A DNA stretch of 64,000 nt, taken from contig CP128822.1 of NCBI GenBank assembly GCA_051546255.1, positions 248,001 to 312,000 of the forward strand, in the 5' to 3' direction. Positions within the stretch are counted from its first letter, which is position 1. Each line of letters starts with the position of its first letter. The position numbers and the translations under genes were made by a program. The notes beneath the pieces are model-generated. The model did no database searches and was not told where the DNA came from. It saw only the letters and a program-made list of their open reading frames with translations. Shown in pieces: positions 29,469 through 41,736 of this stretch. Origin of the DNA: Meyerozyma guilliermondii (taxonomy: Eukaryota).

Positions 29469-32400
29469 TCAAGCATGGTCCAAGAGGTAGTTGGTGGCTG
29501 CCTCCAAATTCCAGTTTTCGTTTTCAAGTGCTTGTCTTGAAGTCTTGTCGTCAAATCCCATGCCTACAAGCTCTTGTACGGCCGCTTCACGATCTTTATC
29601 AAACCCATTTTGTACGCCGTTCTGTGGAGCTTGTTGAGGTTGTTGTTGAGCATTGCCGAAACCAGCAAACAATTGCTCCCATTCGTCATTTCCAGACTTC
29701 CCATCCGACTCACCAGCACCATTGGTGTCGACTAATGCGCCATGAGAAGACTGTGTGAACTCGCTAAAATCAGGAGGTCCTTCAAAGTCGTCGTCTCCGT
29801 TGGTGTCTTCCTCGCGAGCAGCTTCCAAGCCATCAAACTCGTCAAACGGATCGTTCGAATTTGATGCTTTTTCTTCAGTCGCAGGCTCCAAACCTGAAAA
29901 TGAAGCGTCAAAGTCATCTCTGGGTTCCTTGGACCGTTCTCTGGCTTGCTCGCTCAATGCATCGTCGAAATGCTGCGAGCCATCGTCGGAAGAACTCTCA
30001 TCGTAATCGAGCTCACGAATAGGTGGGAACTCACTATTTATATCAGGAGACCTTTGCTGGTGCTCAAGCGATGGGTTCGAAATGATGAATGCCTCCCGGT
30101 GGCTCGAACTTGGATGGCTGGCTTCTGGCTGTTCCAGTTGCTCCGTATCCTCAGCATTGACAATTTCAAAAGAGCCCACTCCAGACGATACTTTATCGGC
30201 ATCACTAGAGTCGTTTTCTGCGTTGCGCAGTTGTGGTGCTATGGTCTCAGTATCAGCTTGAGTAGTGGCATCTTCGTGTGAAGCTGGTATCGTGTCACGG
30301 TCACTGACATCAATATTGTCATCACGAACAGACATGGCGGCGTTATTTTGAACACTAGAAGTCAAAGAGTCCGTTCTCTGTACACCATGGAAATCTCCTG
30401 GCATTCCTGGAACTCCAGTCGCAATTGCCGCACTTGCTCCTTCTGGGAACTGGAAGTCAGAATTGCTAGGCGACGTTACGGGCGTAAAATCATTGTAAGT
30501 GTTCGTAGCAATTGAGGAAGGTCCTCCAACACTTGGCTCAACGGAACCATCCAGGTCTGCCGATGTGACGAGACGAGCGGGTGCTGTTGATTCAGTGGTC
30601 GTGGACACAAACTGCGCATTTTGAGAACCAGGAACATTTGCATTTTCTGGAGAAGTCTCCTTCTCTTTTGGCGCACTTTCAGACTCGTGTGTAAAACCTT
30701 TATCTCCATGATCTTTTTCGTTGGGTTCGACCTCATCATGGGAACCACCAGCCACAGACTTAGCCAAACCTGCTGCTCCAGCAATGGCTGCACCGACTCC
30801 TGCACCGATTCCCAATGCTAGTCCAGATCCAGTGTTACTCTCTTTCTTATCTGAAAGAGCTTTGGATTTTGCTTCGTGTTCCTTCTGTGCCTGCTCGTGC
30901 TCATCCTGAAGTCGCTTTTGTTCATCAGCTGCCTGTTTTTCTCTTGCCTCAAAAGTGCTCAATTCTTCAACCATTTGGCGGTTTGCCAATGTCAACTCTT
31001 CTATAGTTCTCTTTAAGTTTTCATTCTTGACAATTGAAACCTGGAGCTGGGACCGCTTCACAGAAACTTGATTGGTCAATCTTTGGTTTTCCGCTGCCGT
31101 TCTTTCATACTGCTTTTCAAGCTCAACTATCTCCGCATTCGTTTCTCCAAGTCTCTCTTTGAGTGTAGAGTTCTGTTTTTGTAACTCCTCCATTTCCATT
31201 TGCTTTCCATTGAGCTCTGAAGAAATATGGTTGAATTTGGCCTCTGAGATTGAAGCTTCCGATCTCAAAGCTTCCGTTTCTTCTTTGGCAGCAGCAAGGT
31301 TCGCTTCCACTTCTTCCTTTTGCTTAACCTCATTCTCGTATGACGATCTCAACTGTTTCAACTTGGACTCGATTTCCTTCTTCGATGTGAGAATACGAGT
31401 GAGTTCTTGCTCGGCACGAGACTTTGTTTCATGAAGATCCGAGGTCTGAGAAGCTAGCGATTTAATCTGGTTAGATACGTTTGCGATATCTGTAGTGGCC
31501 CTAGATAGCTCTCCCGAAACAGGAGATGAGGTATCAGCAAGCAAATCACGATTTTGGGTGGTGGGTTGGCCTGGTGACAGAGGAGTTAACTGAGACAGTG
31601 TACGAGGAGGTGGAGGCACGCTTCTCAAGGCATCGTAATTGACAGCATGTGCCAGCAGCAGGCCCAGATTTTGGGGTTGAATATTGGACTGCGAAAGTTG
31701 TATTGGCTTTTGTGGCAGGCCGGGAATGGCTTCGGATTTTTGGACATTTGCAGAATTTTGTGAAGATTGGGAAACATCACGATTTTCATCGACTTCAAGA
31801 ACTGGAGACTGTGCCTTGACTAATCCTTGGCCAAAAGTAGAAGATGGTTTGAATTGCTGGAGTCCACGAACCCTAGGAAGTTCACCAGTTGTTGTTCTTG
31901 GAGCTTCCGAAAAGTTTGCACTTGGGTTTGGCGAGCTAGCGTTGGGATCAGTATCTGGCTGTGTTTTAGTAGGAGAACCAAAGATATCCACCAAATCGTC
32001 CATGGCTGTTTTTTGAGTTTGCAATGGTTTAGGTGGAGGGGCAGCAGCCACTGGCTGACTTGATTTTGAGACAGTTGGTTGCGGAGCAGCATTTTTCGAA
32101 TCTTCAATGGACTGGATCAAGGACTGAGGGACAATATGAGGAAGGTCCTCGCCGCCGAGTTTCTTGTTCACCAAATAGAGTGCAATTGCAAATTCTGTTG
32201 GAGTAAAAATTCCCGTGTTCTGGACATCGGCCAAGTCCCAAATCGATGCCAAATCCTGCTGGCCCAATTTGGAGGTCATTAAGAACGTCGCAACTTGGTC
32301 GGGGCTCAATTGGCCCGAGTGTGACTTATCGAGATTATTGAAAATCGAATCATACTGTGCTTTCATAGTGGGAGTAACCACCCAATCTGAGCTCTGTGGC

Positions 32401-33389
32401 GTGGCAGGAGGCTGAAGAGAGCCTGAAGGTGCACGATTGTCGTGGCGGACCGTGGTCTGCTGCGAGCTAACAGATGCATAGGAAGGTTGTCTAGAACCAG
32501 TTTGAGCCAGAGGATCGTGAGGCTGCTGCAACTGTGAAGATTGTAACGTGGACTGCTCGACAGACTGCCACACTGTTTCTGGTAAAAATGGTGGTAATTG
32601 TTTAATTGAACCACTTAACAAGCCCTGGATCAAGTGCATAGCGATGATGAAACTAGGCATATCAAGCTTGCCCAAATTCTTTCGATCGACCAAAACCCAA
32701 ATCTGACCCAAAGTAGGCGTTGGAAGCTTGGATTTCATGAAAATATCGCGGGCTCTGGTGCCAGAAAGCTCACCGGAGGGAGAACCCACGGTTCTGGTGA
32801 ACAATTGCAGAAACTTCTGGACATCTGCTGGGCTCACGGCAGTGAGGTTTTCTTGTGGCACCGACTGTGTATCATGTGGCACATAGGCGCTGGGCTGCGA
32901 TTGCATAAACGAAGAATTGGTGGATTGGGGCTGAAGAGGAGCAGGCGTAGACAAGTTTGCAAATCGTGGTAGCGGTCCTGGGGTCTCGGCAAGGGCCGCC
33001 GAGGGCAGCTGGCCCAGCTGGGTGTAGCCTATGAGACGCATGGCAAAACAGAAGCCAAATTGGGTAAGAAATCCCAAATTGTTTTGATCAGCGAGTTGCC
33101 ATATTTCACCCAAAATTGGTGGGGGAAGACCTGACTTTTCAAAAGTGGCTCTGGCTTTGTCTCCCGTGATGATTCCGGTGTTTTCCGGGTCCAATGCTCG
33201 GAAAAGTTGGGAATAAAGCTTCTTTTCGTCGGCGGTGAGACCGACCTTAAACTGCGGCGATGCTGAGTTAGTAGTGCAAAAAAAAATATTTTGGGCATTG
33301 ATTGCTACTCAATGTCGTACAAGGATGATTGATGTGCCTTTGATTTAGTGAAAAAACGCCCTGGTGTACTTACTCAGTGATACACTCAT
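29469..33389 (-). CDS. EDE1: Endocytic scaffold Ede1 (3 EH domains, coiled coil, UBA); two exons, 33389-33374 and 33262-29469
   Basis: EH motifs (SGLPPPILGEIWQLAD, LGQIWVLVD, LASIWDLAD) and C-terminal UBA (LVGMGF...NWNLEAATNYLL); intron 33373-33263 (GTAAGT...TACTAAC-T-CAG) supplies the ATG in frame, giving MSVSSTSPQFKVGLTADEKKLYSQLF. Confidence 0.92.
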
Positions 33390-33475
33390 GTCTGTCTCCT
33401 GGCAATCGGCAAAGTTGGTCCGCACTCAACCTGAAATCCCCGCCATGCACCAGGCCCCTGCACCCAGTTCTCAAC

Positions 33476-33494
33476 CTCATCGGATTTTTTTTCA
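33476..33494. promoter_or_regulatory. PAC-like (CTCATCG) and RRPE-like (TGAAAAAAAAT, reverse) motifs upstream of GAR1
   Basis: Adjacent motifs just 5' of a ribosome-biogenesis gene. Confidence 0.4.
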
Positions 33495-33509
33495 CCACCA
33501 CCAATAACC

Positions 33510-34112
33510 ATGAACAGAGGCAGAGGAGGAATGAGAGGTGGCCGTGGAGGCCGAACCGGACCGCTGCAGTTCCAGCAAGGACCCCCCGACACAGTATTGG
33601 AGATGGGGACGTTCATGCAATCATGTGAGGGCGATATCGTTTGCCGGTCAGTGAATGTCAAAATTCCATATTTCAATGCTCCGATATATCTTGAGAACAA
33701 AAGCCAGGTGGGAAAGGTTGACGAGATCTTGGGACCGCTCAACGAGGTGTTTTTCACCATCAAACCCTCCGAAGGAATCCAGGCCGATTCGTTTAAGGAG
33801 GGAGACAAGTTTTACATTGGACCCGACAAGTTGCTTCCATTGGAGAGATTTTTGCCCAAACCGGTGCAACACGGACCCAAGCCTAAGCGTGTAGGAGGCG
33901 GTGGGGGCCGTGGAGGCCGTGGTGGCGCCAGAGGTGGCAGAGGTGGCTCCTTTGGAGGCAGAGGTGGCTCTTTCGGTGCTCGTGGGGGAAGAGGTAGAGG
34001 AGGATCATTTGGAGGCAGAGGAGGTAGAGGCGGCTCGTTTGGAGGAAGAGGTGACTTTGGTGGTAGAGGCAGAGGCGGTTCTTTTGGAGGGAGAGGAAGA
34101 GGACGTTTTTAA
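33510..34112 (+). CDS. GAR1: H/ACA snoRNP subunit Gar1
   Basis: [12 protein letters not shown]...[14 protein letters not shown]...[10 protein letters not shown] core flanked by RGG/GGSFGG repeats. Confidence 0.97.
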   Translation: MNRGRGGMRGGRGGRTGPLQFQQGPPDTVLEMGTFMQSCEGDIVCRSVNVKIPYFNAPIYLENKSQVGKVDEILGPLNEVFFTIKPSEGIQADSFKEGDKFYIGPDKLLPLERFLPKPVQHGPKPKRVGGGGGRGGRGGARGGRGGSFGGRGGSFGARGGRGRGGSFGGRGGRGGSFGGRGDFGGRGRGGSFGGRGRGRF

Positions 34113-34347
34113 CGCAATGTAAGGCATGCACTTTGTAACCATAGAATAAGACAAGATGAATAAAATAAGAATGAAGGATTGAGTCAATGGTATGTGAATA
34201 AGCAACTCTGAGTAATTGAAGGCTAAACAATGAGTATTTGAAATTTTAGTGGGTGTTTTTTGGTTTAATAAATGTGGGTGTAATTTGGTTTTTCATTTTT
34301 GGGGTGCAATGTGGTTCTCGTTATTCATTTGTTGTGACAACTTCTTG

Positions 34348-35412
34348 CTAGACCAGTGTCATGGCATGCCGCAACTCCTTATATCCGTAGCACTGCTTCA
34401 CATAGGTCGACTTGTAAGCATTGTTGAAAAAAATCCGAGGAAGTGTTACTAGTTCATTCAATCCAACACCTTCAATTAATCCAGTAAAATAGTTTTCGAT
34501 TTTCCTGTTGGTAGCTTTGATTTGATTGGCATAATCGAGCCGGGTCTTGGGAGCCAAAGTCTTTTCCTTCTTCATGGCCTCTTTAACTTTTGATGGAAGC
34601 TGAGCAACGTACCGATCTATCACCTGATCAACCTTTGTAAGTACTATGTCGAACAGTATTCCCGAGTCTATAAGATGTTCAAGCATTTCTTCGTCTTCAG
34701 GAAGCATACCCTGAGCAGCGTCTATCAATACATAAACCTGACGGAGGACTTTTCTGCGTTCCAAGTATTCCAATACCATCTGGCCCTGTTTCTCTTCGCC
34801 TCGCATCCCATAACCTGGACTGTCAATTAGACGAAATTTCTTGCCTACATTGTAGCAGTTCATCGTCTGGGTATATCCTGGCTGGCGTGATACGTATGCT
34901 AATGTTCCTGAACCCTCTCCAAATAAGTTGTTGACGAGTGATGATTTGCCAACATTGGTGTGACCAAGAAAAAGAATTTCTGGAAGGGGATGCAATAGAT
35001 GGGGTTCAATGCCAAACGATTTGCGTTTATGAGTTTCCAGAGAACTAGTTGTGGCTTCCAGTTCAGCTTTCAATCGCTGATATTTCACATCTGGGATATC
35101 GTCGTATTGAGCCAAAGTCCACTCAAGCTTAAATTGGGCACGGGAAAATACTCCTTGGGACATTGCCAACTCCACCTTCGACGGCTGGACGTATGCTGAG
35201 GGCCAGAAATTGATCGTGAGTTTTTTGGGGGTGATTAGTAGTTTGGTCAAGTCTTGAGGCGGTAAGTTAGAGTGCGGTTTTGAGGGCACCTTCGGTATGT
35301 TTTGGATATTGTTTGGGCTTTTCTTTTGTGGTAAGGTCCGTAGTAGGTAATCTACCGAGGCATGTCGCCTGAAAACGACGCTGTGGTGTTTTAGTTGTCG
35401 TTGAAACTTCAT
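34348..35412 (-). CDS. MRX8: Mitochondrial EngB/YihA-family GTPase (Mrx8/YDR336W-like)
   Basis: LPEILFLGHTNVGKSSLVN (G1), PGYTQ (G2), DSPGYG (G3), TKVD (G4); basic presequence. Confidence 0.75.
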   Translation of the reverse strand: MKFQRQLKHHSVVFRRHASVDYLLRTLPQKKSPNNIQNIPKVPSKPHSNLPPQDLTKLLITPKKLTINFWPSAYVQPSKVELAMSQGVFSRAQFKLEWTLAQYDDIPDVKYQRLKAELEATTSSLETHKRKSFGIEPHLLHPLPEILFLGHTNVGKSSLVNNLFGEGSGTLAYVSRQPGYTQTMNCYNVGKKFRLIDSPGYGMRGEEKQGQMVLEYLERRKVLRQVYVLIDAAQGMLPEDEEMLEHLIDSGILFDIVLTKVDQVIDRYVAQLPSKVKEAMKKEKTLAPKTRLDYANQIKATNRKIENYFTGLIEGVGLNELVTLPRIFFNNAYKSTYVKQCYGYKELRHAMTLV

Positions 35413-35490
35413 TTTGGAAGCTTCCCCAGAATTTCGCGTTGCGATGAAGATGCGATTTTCCTGCAGAAACTACCAACTTTAGTTGCACTG

Positions 35491-36004
35491 ATGACAAGCA
35501 TAAATGGACTAGAGGGCATTTTGCCAGCAATTCAAACAGCAATTGCCAATAGGTCCCTCTACAATCCTCACAGAGCAAGGATCAAAATCTTCACATGTAA
35601 GTTGGTTTGCTGTTTGAGTGCTTCATGATATTAATAAAGGTTTCGTGTTGGCTCTGATCATCACCGCAATATTGGGTTTCTCGCTGATACATTTGGTGCA
35701 CGATAAGGTTGCCCATTTCACTTGTTTCTACTTGCTTACGTTCTTGTTTTACTGGCTCATAGATTTTGGTCAATCGTTCACAATTTTAGTGGGAGTGTCA
35801 TTTTTCGTGTGCACCGTTTCTGGAAGTATTGTACTGGAATTTTTACAAGGAATTGTCAACCCGGCGAGAGTTTATGACACTCAAGATATCATAGCTAATA
35901 TCGCAGGAAGCTGCTCTGGTCTTATATCAGCAATAGCCTTACAATTGTATAAAGTCAGTCGAAGGATGGAAACATATCAGGAACTCCCCATGAGCCAAAT
36001 ATGA
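35491..36004 (+). CDS. VanZ-like small membrane protein (YJR112W-A-like); two exons, 35491-35596 and 35640-36004
   Basis: HDKVAHFTCF, EFLQ and YDTQDIIANIAG VanZ motifs; a 43-nt intron (GTAAGT...TATTAAT-A-AAG) joins the ATG-bearing upstream ORF in frame. Confidence 0.72.
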
Positions 36005-36344
36005 CTTTCCCACTTTTCGCACACAAACTTAGCACAAAATATAGCATTCCGCACACTGTCCCATTACGCGCAGCGCGCCATTTTGCCGAGAAAAGTGACT
36101 GCAGACTAGCATATCCATTTAAAGCCTATACTGGCGACACTGCCCAGCCCTATGGCTTCTACCTCTTAGTAAGCCAATACACCAACCATTGCCCTTCTCC
36201 TTTTCTGAGCCCAAATTCTGGACTAAATCTCTTTCACTTCGCCTCGACTAAATTTCACACCCGTACACCACACAACATCACAGTCCATTTAGCAACTGCT
36301 GTTGACAACTCTTTGTTTTTGTGCCAGCACCATTTACAAAAGAC

Positions 36345-39300
36345 ATGACGCAATCCGAGGACGAGAATATCGACCCGAGGAATACAGCAAGCGAGATAAA
36401 TGGACAAGAGCACATAGAAGGTGACAACAAGGCTGAAAAAATCAGTGAAAAGGCGGGCCAAGGTGCCACAAACGAACACCATTCTGATGATGAAGGAGGT
36501 CCATTGAGTGGTACTACTTCGCCAGGAAGTCCCCGGTCACCAAAGAAAGAACGAGATCTGTCTTTCTTTCCGCTGTCGCTGACCATTATGGCTAATCCGT
36601 GGTCGTTATTCGGGTTCAAAAATGCCGACAGACAAGAGTCTCGTTATAATTCCGAAAGTGAAGAAGAAAGGGATAGAATGCCATTTAGTGATGCTGAATA
36701 CGAGCAAAGTGGTTCACCGGAGGAGCCTGAGGGAACTAATGATCCACCGGTGCCAGCAAAGGACTATGACACAGAAACCAATGGTGACGAGTTACAAAGA
36801 CCACGTCCATCAACTGGTCACCAGCGTAGTTCCTTTGCGTTTATTCCATCCATACTTCGTAATGACTCGTCTATGCCGTCGAACCATCAAGATACAAATG
36901 AGGACAAGGGTCGTAAACGTAAATTTCAATTTTTTTCAAGAAAGGGCAAGAAAGACCGTGATCGCAAAGCCAGCACTGCTGTTCCTCAGGATGACGCTGA
37001 CGTAGCTACCGGAGAGCGGGCACAACTGCTTATTGCTTCGTTAATTGTGGGCGCACCATCGATAAATTTGGTTGCTTCCTGTCTTCTTGAAGACGAAAGA
37101 GGCATTGCTCGGGCTCCATTGCTTTTGTCACTTTTGGGATTTCAAATCATCGATATCTCGCCTTCTGTGGGCACAAAAAATCGCAGGTTCAGTATCGACT
37201 TGGAGTATGGCGTGGGTCCTCAAAGACTCAAATGGCTGGTTGAAAAAAATGCCAAAGATTTACTCTATTTACATTCACGGTTCAAGTTCGGCAGCTGGCG
37301 TACAGATGGCCGCAAAGACTTGCCCAGATACCCGCTTCCTCCATTGCGGTTTCGTGAGAACGATGGAAAGTCAAAAACCGGCAAGACAGACGGCCCAATG
37401 GAGAGCATAGGACATGCTTTACATCAAGACGCCAACTCTCATGAAGATGCACCGGACGCTGATAATGGATCCACTACCACGTCTCGAAACCACCTTTCAA
37501 GCATCACCTCGTTGTCACGACTCCGCTCACACATAAGTGGATTCTCCAGTGACGGGTCGTCGGAAATTTCACCAGAGCAATTGCATATTCGCCAGGCTCG
37601 TAATAACGAGTATATTCAACAGGTTACGCACTACTTAAATGAGCTTATCAAGGTGGTAGGCTTGAAACCCCTGTCAAACAGATTGTTTCAGTTCTTTGAG
37701 GTTTCACCTATCTCTTCATTATTGAGTTATGAAGGTTCTGTGGACGGCTCACATATCGGAAAACAAGGTGTGATTCATATAGGAGGCACGGCAAAGTCAC
37801 AAGGATGGCGTGTGGGTCATTTTCGTGCTAATGATCTCAAAGGAATGATTGATAGAAGACTGGAGAAATGGCTCTTGGTTCGGAACTCTTACTTGATGTA
37901 CGTTTCGGATATCAACTCAACGCTTCCACTTGAAGTTTTCCTTGTGGATCTGCACTTCAAAATGATTTATCGAGGCGACGATGGACAAAAGCTTTTAGCC
38001 CGTGGAGATGATGAAGCTGAAGAAGATGAAAGTGATTACGATGATTCTTCTTTGGCTCAAAAAGCCATGGCAACGACTGCGGATACAACGGCCAACGCAA
38101 AACACAAAAATGTGTTCAACCATCTTAAAATCACCCTCTACAATAGGGAAAGAAAACTAGTATTGATTCCCAAATCTCACAAGGAGCAGAAAATGTGGGT
38201 TCGTGCCATAAAGGAAATGCAGAATGCAACAGTATGGTCACAGCCTCATCGATTCGATTCTTTTGCGCCAGTACGCAACAACTGTTTTGCACAATGGTTT
38301 GTCGATGCCAGAGATTATTTTTGGGCAATTTCTTCGGCACTTGAGTTGGCCAAAGATGTCATTTTCATCCACGATTGGTGGCTTTCTCCCGAATTGTACT
38401 TGAGAAGACCTGCCAATGGTAACCAACAGTGGAGAATTGATCGTATTTTACAACGGAAAGCACAGCAAGGTGTAAAGATCTTTGTCATTGTCTACCGTAA
38501 TGTCGGTACCACTGTTGCTACGGATTCTCTTTATACCAAACATTCGATTTTGTCGCTCCACGAAGACAATATTCACGTCATACGTTCGCCCAATCAGTTG
38601 CTTCAGAACACATACTTTTGGGCTCATCACGAAAAGCTTTGTGTCATTGACCAGACTGTTGCATTTGTTGGAGGCATTGATCTTTGTTACGGACGTTATG
38701 ATACCCCAGATCATGTCATTATTGATGATTCCAAAATCAACTTTGATACTTTGGATGAGCAATATCCACCCACCGCCGAGGAGTTCGTCAAGTTCCAGAC
38801 ATTTCCCGGTAAGGACTACTCCAATCCTCGTGTCAAAGACTTCTTTGACCTTGATAAGCCATACGAATCGATGTATGATCGTGATAGCGTTCCACGTATG
38901 CCGTGGCATGATGTTCACATGGTGACTTCTGGTAAAGTTGCTCGCGATCTTGCTCGTCATTTCGTTCAAAGATGGAATTATTTAATCAGACAAAAGAGAC
39001 CATCTCGGTATACTCCACTTTTGCTTCCTCCTCCTGATATGTCTGACAAGGAAGTGGAGGATCTCGGATTGGGAGGTACATGCGAAGTTCAACTACTTCG
39101 TTCTTCAGGTAATTGGTCTCTTGGATTAAAGCAGCACGAAGAGAGTATCCAGAATGCCTACTTGAAACTCATTGAGACGTCTGAGCACTTTGTGTACATC
39201 GAGAACCAATTCTTCATCACGTCTTGCGTGGTTGATGGAACTTTTGTGCAAAACAGAATTGGCGATGCTTTGGTCGATCGTATAATAAAGGCACATCAGC

Positions 39301-41552
39301 AAGGACAGCTGTGGCGGGCAATCATTGTCATACCTTTGATGCCCGGTTTTGAATCCCAAGTTGACGAACCTGATGGTTCGGCTGTGCGTGTGATCATGCA
39401 ATGTGAGTACATGTCTATTTCACAGGGTAGTACATCTATCTTTGCCAAGCTTCGTCGTTATGGAATAGATCCCGACGACTACATTCAGTTCTTTTCGTTG
39501 AGAAAATGGGGAAGAATTGGTCCTGATCGCAACCTTGTCACGGAACAACTTTATATCCATGCCAAAACTATGATTGTTGACGATCGTGCAGTGATCATTG
39601 GAAGCGCCAATATCAATGAGCGGTCTATGCGAGGAGTCCGTGACTCTGAGGTGGCTGCAATTGTTCGTGACAAAGAAGCAGTTAATTCAATGATGAACGG
39701 AAAACCATTCAAAGCTGCCAAATTTGCTCACACGTTGAGAATGAGACTTATGCGTGAGCACCTTGGAGTCAGCGTAGATGTGGTAGATATCATTGAGAGG
39801 AGGTTCCAGAAGTTTGAGAGTTTTGCAAGAGAGCCTAAAGGATTGGAGGCTGCAACTAACAATTTTAAGAATTTGGAGTATAAGGTGATGTCTGCGATGG
39901 TTGAGTTGGCTTCCCGTGACATATTCGGTGAAAAACAGGGCACTTTTAGGTGGAAGAATTTCCATGGCAGACAGAAAGTACAGCCTCAACCAGAGCTGGT
40001 TTCCATGGATGAAGAGAACGAAGCAGAAAGAGAAAATGATATGCCGACTCCACTTTCCTTGCCTGTTTCATTCAACAATCGAACTGGTACCAAAGAAGCC
40101 AACAGAGGCATTCGTGACAAGAAGAAGCATTCGTACGATGCTAGAGTCCAACATAGCGATAACCACAAGAGAGATGTGTACGGAAAAGGACCAGATAAGT
40201 ACAAAACCCGGCTTGCACGGAGAGCGAGATTTGATAGTAGTCGTTTCTTGAAGGATTTAGCCCACAAGGCCATCGGGAAAAACCCATCAAAAGCATTTTT
40301 ACCTCCTATGGAAGACGTTATGGAATTCTTGGAAAGTGACGACTATGATATGAGTGACGAGATGGATGAGGATTCTGAAGCTATGATTCATGAGCGCAAC
40401 AAGGAGAGATTGGCGCTCTTGAAGAAAATCTCATATTTGCAACGAGTCGCTGCTAGAGAGAAGGAAACACAGGAAGAAGAGCAAAAGAAACGGGCTGTTG
40501 CTGGCCTTCCAGTTGGAACACCTGAGGATGGAATTAAGAGGTCTACGAATGTTCTGAGCGCCGATCTCATACCAAATAACAGTCGTGGAGGTGAACAAGG
40601 TCTGGCTAACGGAGCAGAAAGAAGGGATTTGGAAGGGGATATTCCTATTACTTCTCTTGATGAGAAGGATTGCAGAAACCTTGTGCTGTCGCTCACCAGT
40701 CCTAATATTGAAAAGTTCACCACATTCGTGGATCCTTATGGGTTCCTGGATCCTCTTGACGTTGGGTTTTACGAGGATATATGGTACGAGCATGCTCGCA
40801 GAAACACCGAGATCTTCCGGATGGTGTTCCATCCTCAACCAGATAACAGAGTAACATCTTGGAAGGACTACAAGAAGTTTCTGAAACTTCAGAAAGCATT
40901 TGTACTTGCTCAGCAACACGAATCTTCTCGCAGAAGAAAGCAAAGGCCCGTCAATACTGATGCTCTGCTGGAAAACTCTGATGTTCAACATAGCGATGCT
41001 GGGTCAGTTTCCGATGCTAGTATAATCAAACGTGACGATGGGAAGCGGCCAACAATCAACTTCAGCAAACTTAATCATGATGGTGGACTTCTCGGTGATG
41101 CTCCGCCATCTGGGGATGGTTCTTCGGCGCCAAATGCCAATGGTTCGAAGAGCAAGAAGAAGTCTTTGAGAAGAGATAAAGATGACAAACCTGATCCACC
41201 CGCAATGAATGAGGAAATAGACGACGGTGATATGACCGGAGGAGAGTCTGAGAATGAATCGGACATTTATGAGAGCTCAGAAGAAATGTTCCACAATGCT
41301 AATGAAACGCCAGACAATGATGCTCTGCTGTTTGCACGCAGGAAAAAGGCCCCTAGACTCGGAGCGTTTGCACGCAGAAGAAGAGAGGTGATGGGCAATC
41401 GCATTTTTGACCGTGAAACCGCCGAAAGAATCTTGAATGAAATTCAGGGCCATTTGGTGGTTTTCCCCACAGAATGGCTTTCGCGAGAATTGGACGGAGG
41501 AAACTGGTTCTACAATACGGATCGACTTCCACCCATTGAGATCTACGATTGA
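36345..41552 (+). CDS. SPO14: Phospholipase D1
   Basis: Two HKD motifs (HHEKLCVID, HAKTMIVD), HDWWLSPELYLRRP, PRMPWHD, IGSANINERS, C-terminal PIEIYD; ATG at 36345. Confidence 0.96.
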   Translation: MTQSEDENIDPRNTASEINGQEHIEGDNKAEKISEKAGQGATNEHHSDDEGGPLSGTTSPGSPRSPKKERDLSFFPLSLTIMANPWSLFGFKNADRQESRYNSESEEERDRMPFSDAEYEQSGSPEEPEGTNDPPVPAKDYDTETNGDELQRPRPSTGHQRSSFAFIPSILRNDSSMPSNHQDTNEDKGRKRKFQFFSRKGKKDRDRKASTAVPQDDADVATGERAQLLIASLIVGAPSINLVASCLLEDERGIARAPLLLSLLGFQIIDISPSVGTKNRRFSIDLEYGVGPQRLKWLVEKNAKDLLYLHSRFKFGSWRTDGRKDLPRYPLPPLRFRENDGKSKTGKTDGPMESIGHALHQDANSHEDAPDADNGSTTTSRNHLSSITSLSRLRSHISGFSSDGSSEISPEQLHIRQARNNEYIQQVTHYLNELIKVVGLKPLSNRLFQFFEVSPISSLLSYEGSVDGSHIGKQGVIHIGGTAKSQGWRVGHFRANDLKGMIDRRLEKWLLVRNSYLMYVSDINSTLPLEVFLVDLHFKMIYRGDDGQKLLARGDDEAEEDESDYDDSSLAQKAMATTADTTANAKHKNVFNHLKITLYNRERKLVLIPKSHKEQKMWVRAIKEMQNATVWSQPHRFDSFAPVRNNCFAQWFVDARDYFWAISSALELAKDVIFIHDWWLSPELYLRRPANGNQQWRIDRILQRKAQQGVKIFVIVYRNVGTTVATDSLYTKHSILSLHEDNIHVIRSPNQLLQNTYFWAHHEKLCVIDQTVAFVGGIDLCYGRYDTPDHVIIDDSKINFDTLDEQYPPTAEEFVKFQTFPGKDYSNPRVKDFFDLDKPYESMYDRDSVPRMPWHDVHMVTSGKVARDLARHFVQRWNYLIRQKRPSRYTPLLLPPPDMSDKEVEDLGLGGTCEVQLLRSSGNWSLGLKQHEESIQNAYLKLIETSEHFVYIENQFFITSCVVDGTFVQNRIGDALVDRIIKAHQQGQLWRAIIVIPLMPGFESQVDEPDGSAVRVIMQCEYMSISQGSTSIFAKLRRYGIDPDDYIQFFSLRKWGRIGPDRNLVTEQLYIHAKTMIVDDRAVIIGSANINERSMRGVRDSEVAAIVRDKEAVNSMMNGKPFKAAKFAHTLRMRLMREHLGVSVDVVDIIERRFQKFESFAREPKGLEAATNNFKNLEYKVMSAMVELASRDIFGEKQGTFRWKNFHGRQKVQPQPELVSMDEENEAERENDMPTPLSLPVSFNNRTGTKEANRGIRDKKKHSYDARVQHSDNHKRDVYGKGPDKYKTRLARRARFDSSRFLKDLAHKAIGKNPSKAFLPPMEDVMEFLESDDYDMSDEMDEDSEAMIHERNKERLALLKKISYLQRVAAREKETQEEEQKKRAVAGLPVGTPEDGIKRSTNVLSADLIPNNSRGGEQGLANGAERRDLEGDIPITSLDEKDCRNLVLSLTSPNIEKFTTFVDPYGFLDPLDVGFYEDIWYEHARRNTEIFRMVFHPQPDNRVTSWKDYKKFLKLQKAFVLAQQHESSRRRKQRPVNTDALLENSDVQHSDAGSVSDASIIKRDDGKRPTINFSKLNHDGGLLGDAPPSGDGSSAPNANGSKSKKKSLRRDKDDKPDPPAMNEEIDDGDMTGGESENESDIYESSEEMFHNANETPDNDALLFARRKKAPRLGAFARRRREVMGNRIFDRETAERILNEIQGHLVVFPTEWLSRELDGGNWFYNTDRLPPIEIYD

Positions 41553-41736
41553 CGGGGCGTCCGCTATTTATTGCTAAAATGTTAATCCAAACTCATTCTG
41601 ATAATACAATTAACTTCATTCTGAAAATTGCTAATTTATTCTGCTAATAGTTACCATCTCTTCTCTGCCGTTTCTCTGCCTGCAGTACGTTTCACCTGAA
41701 GCACGGTGCGATCGCGAACCGCTCTCTACTTCACGT

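Noticed and set aside
33895..34105. G-rich repeats resembling a CRISPR array or satellite
   Set aside because: They encode the Gar1 RGG/GGSF tail; no spacers, and the context is eukaryotic
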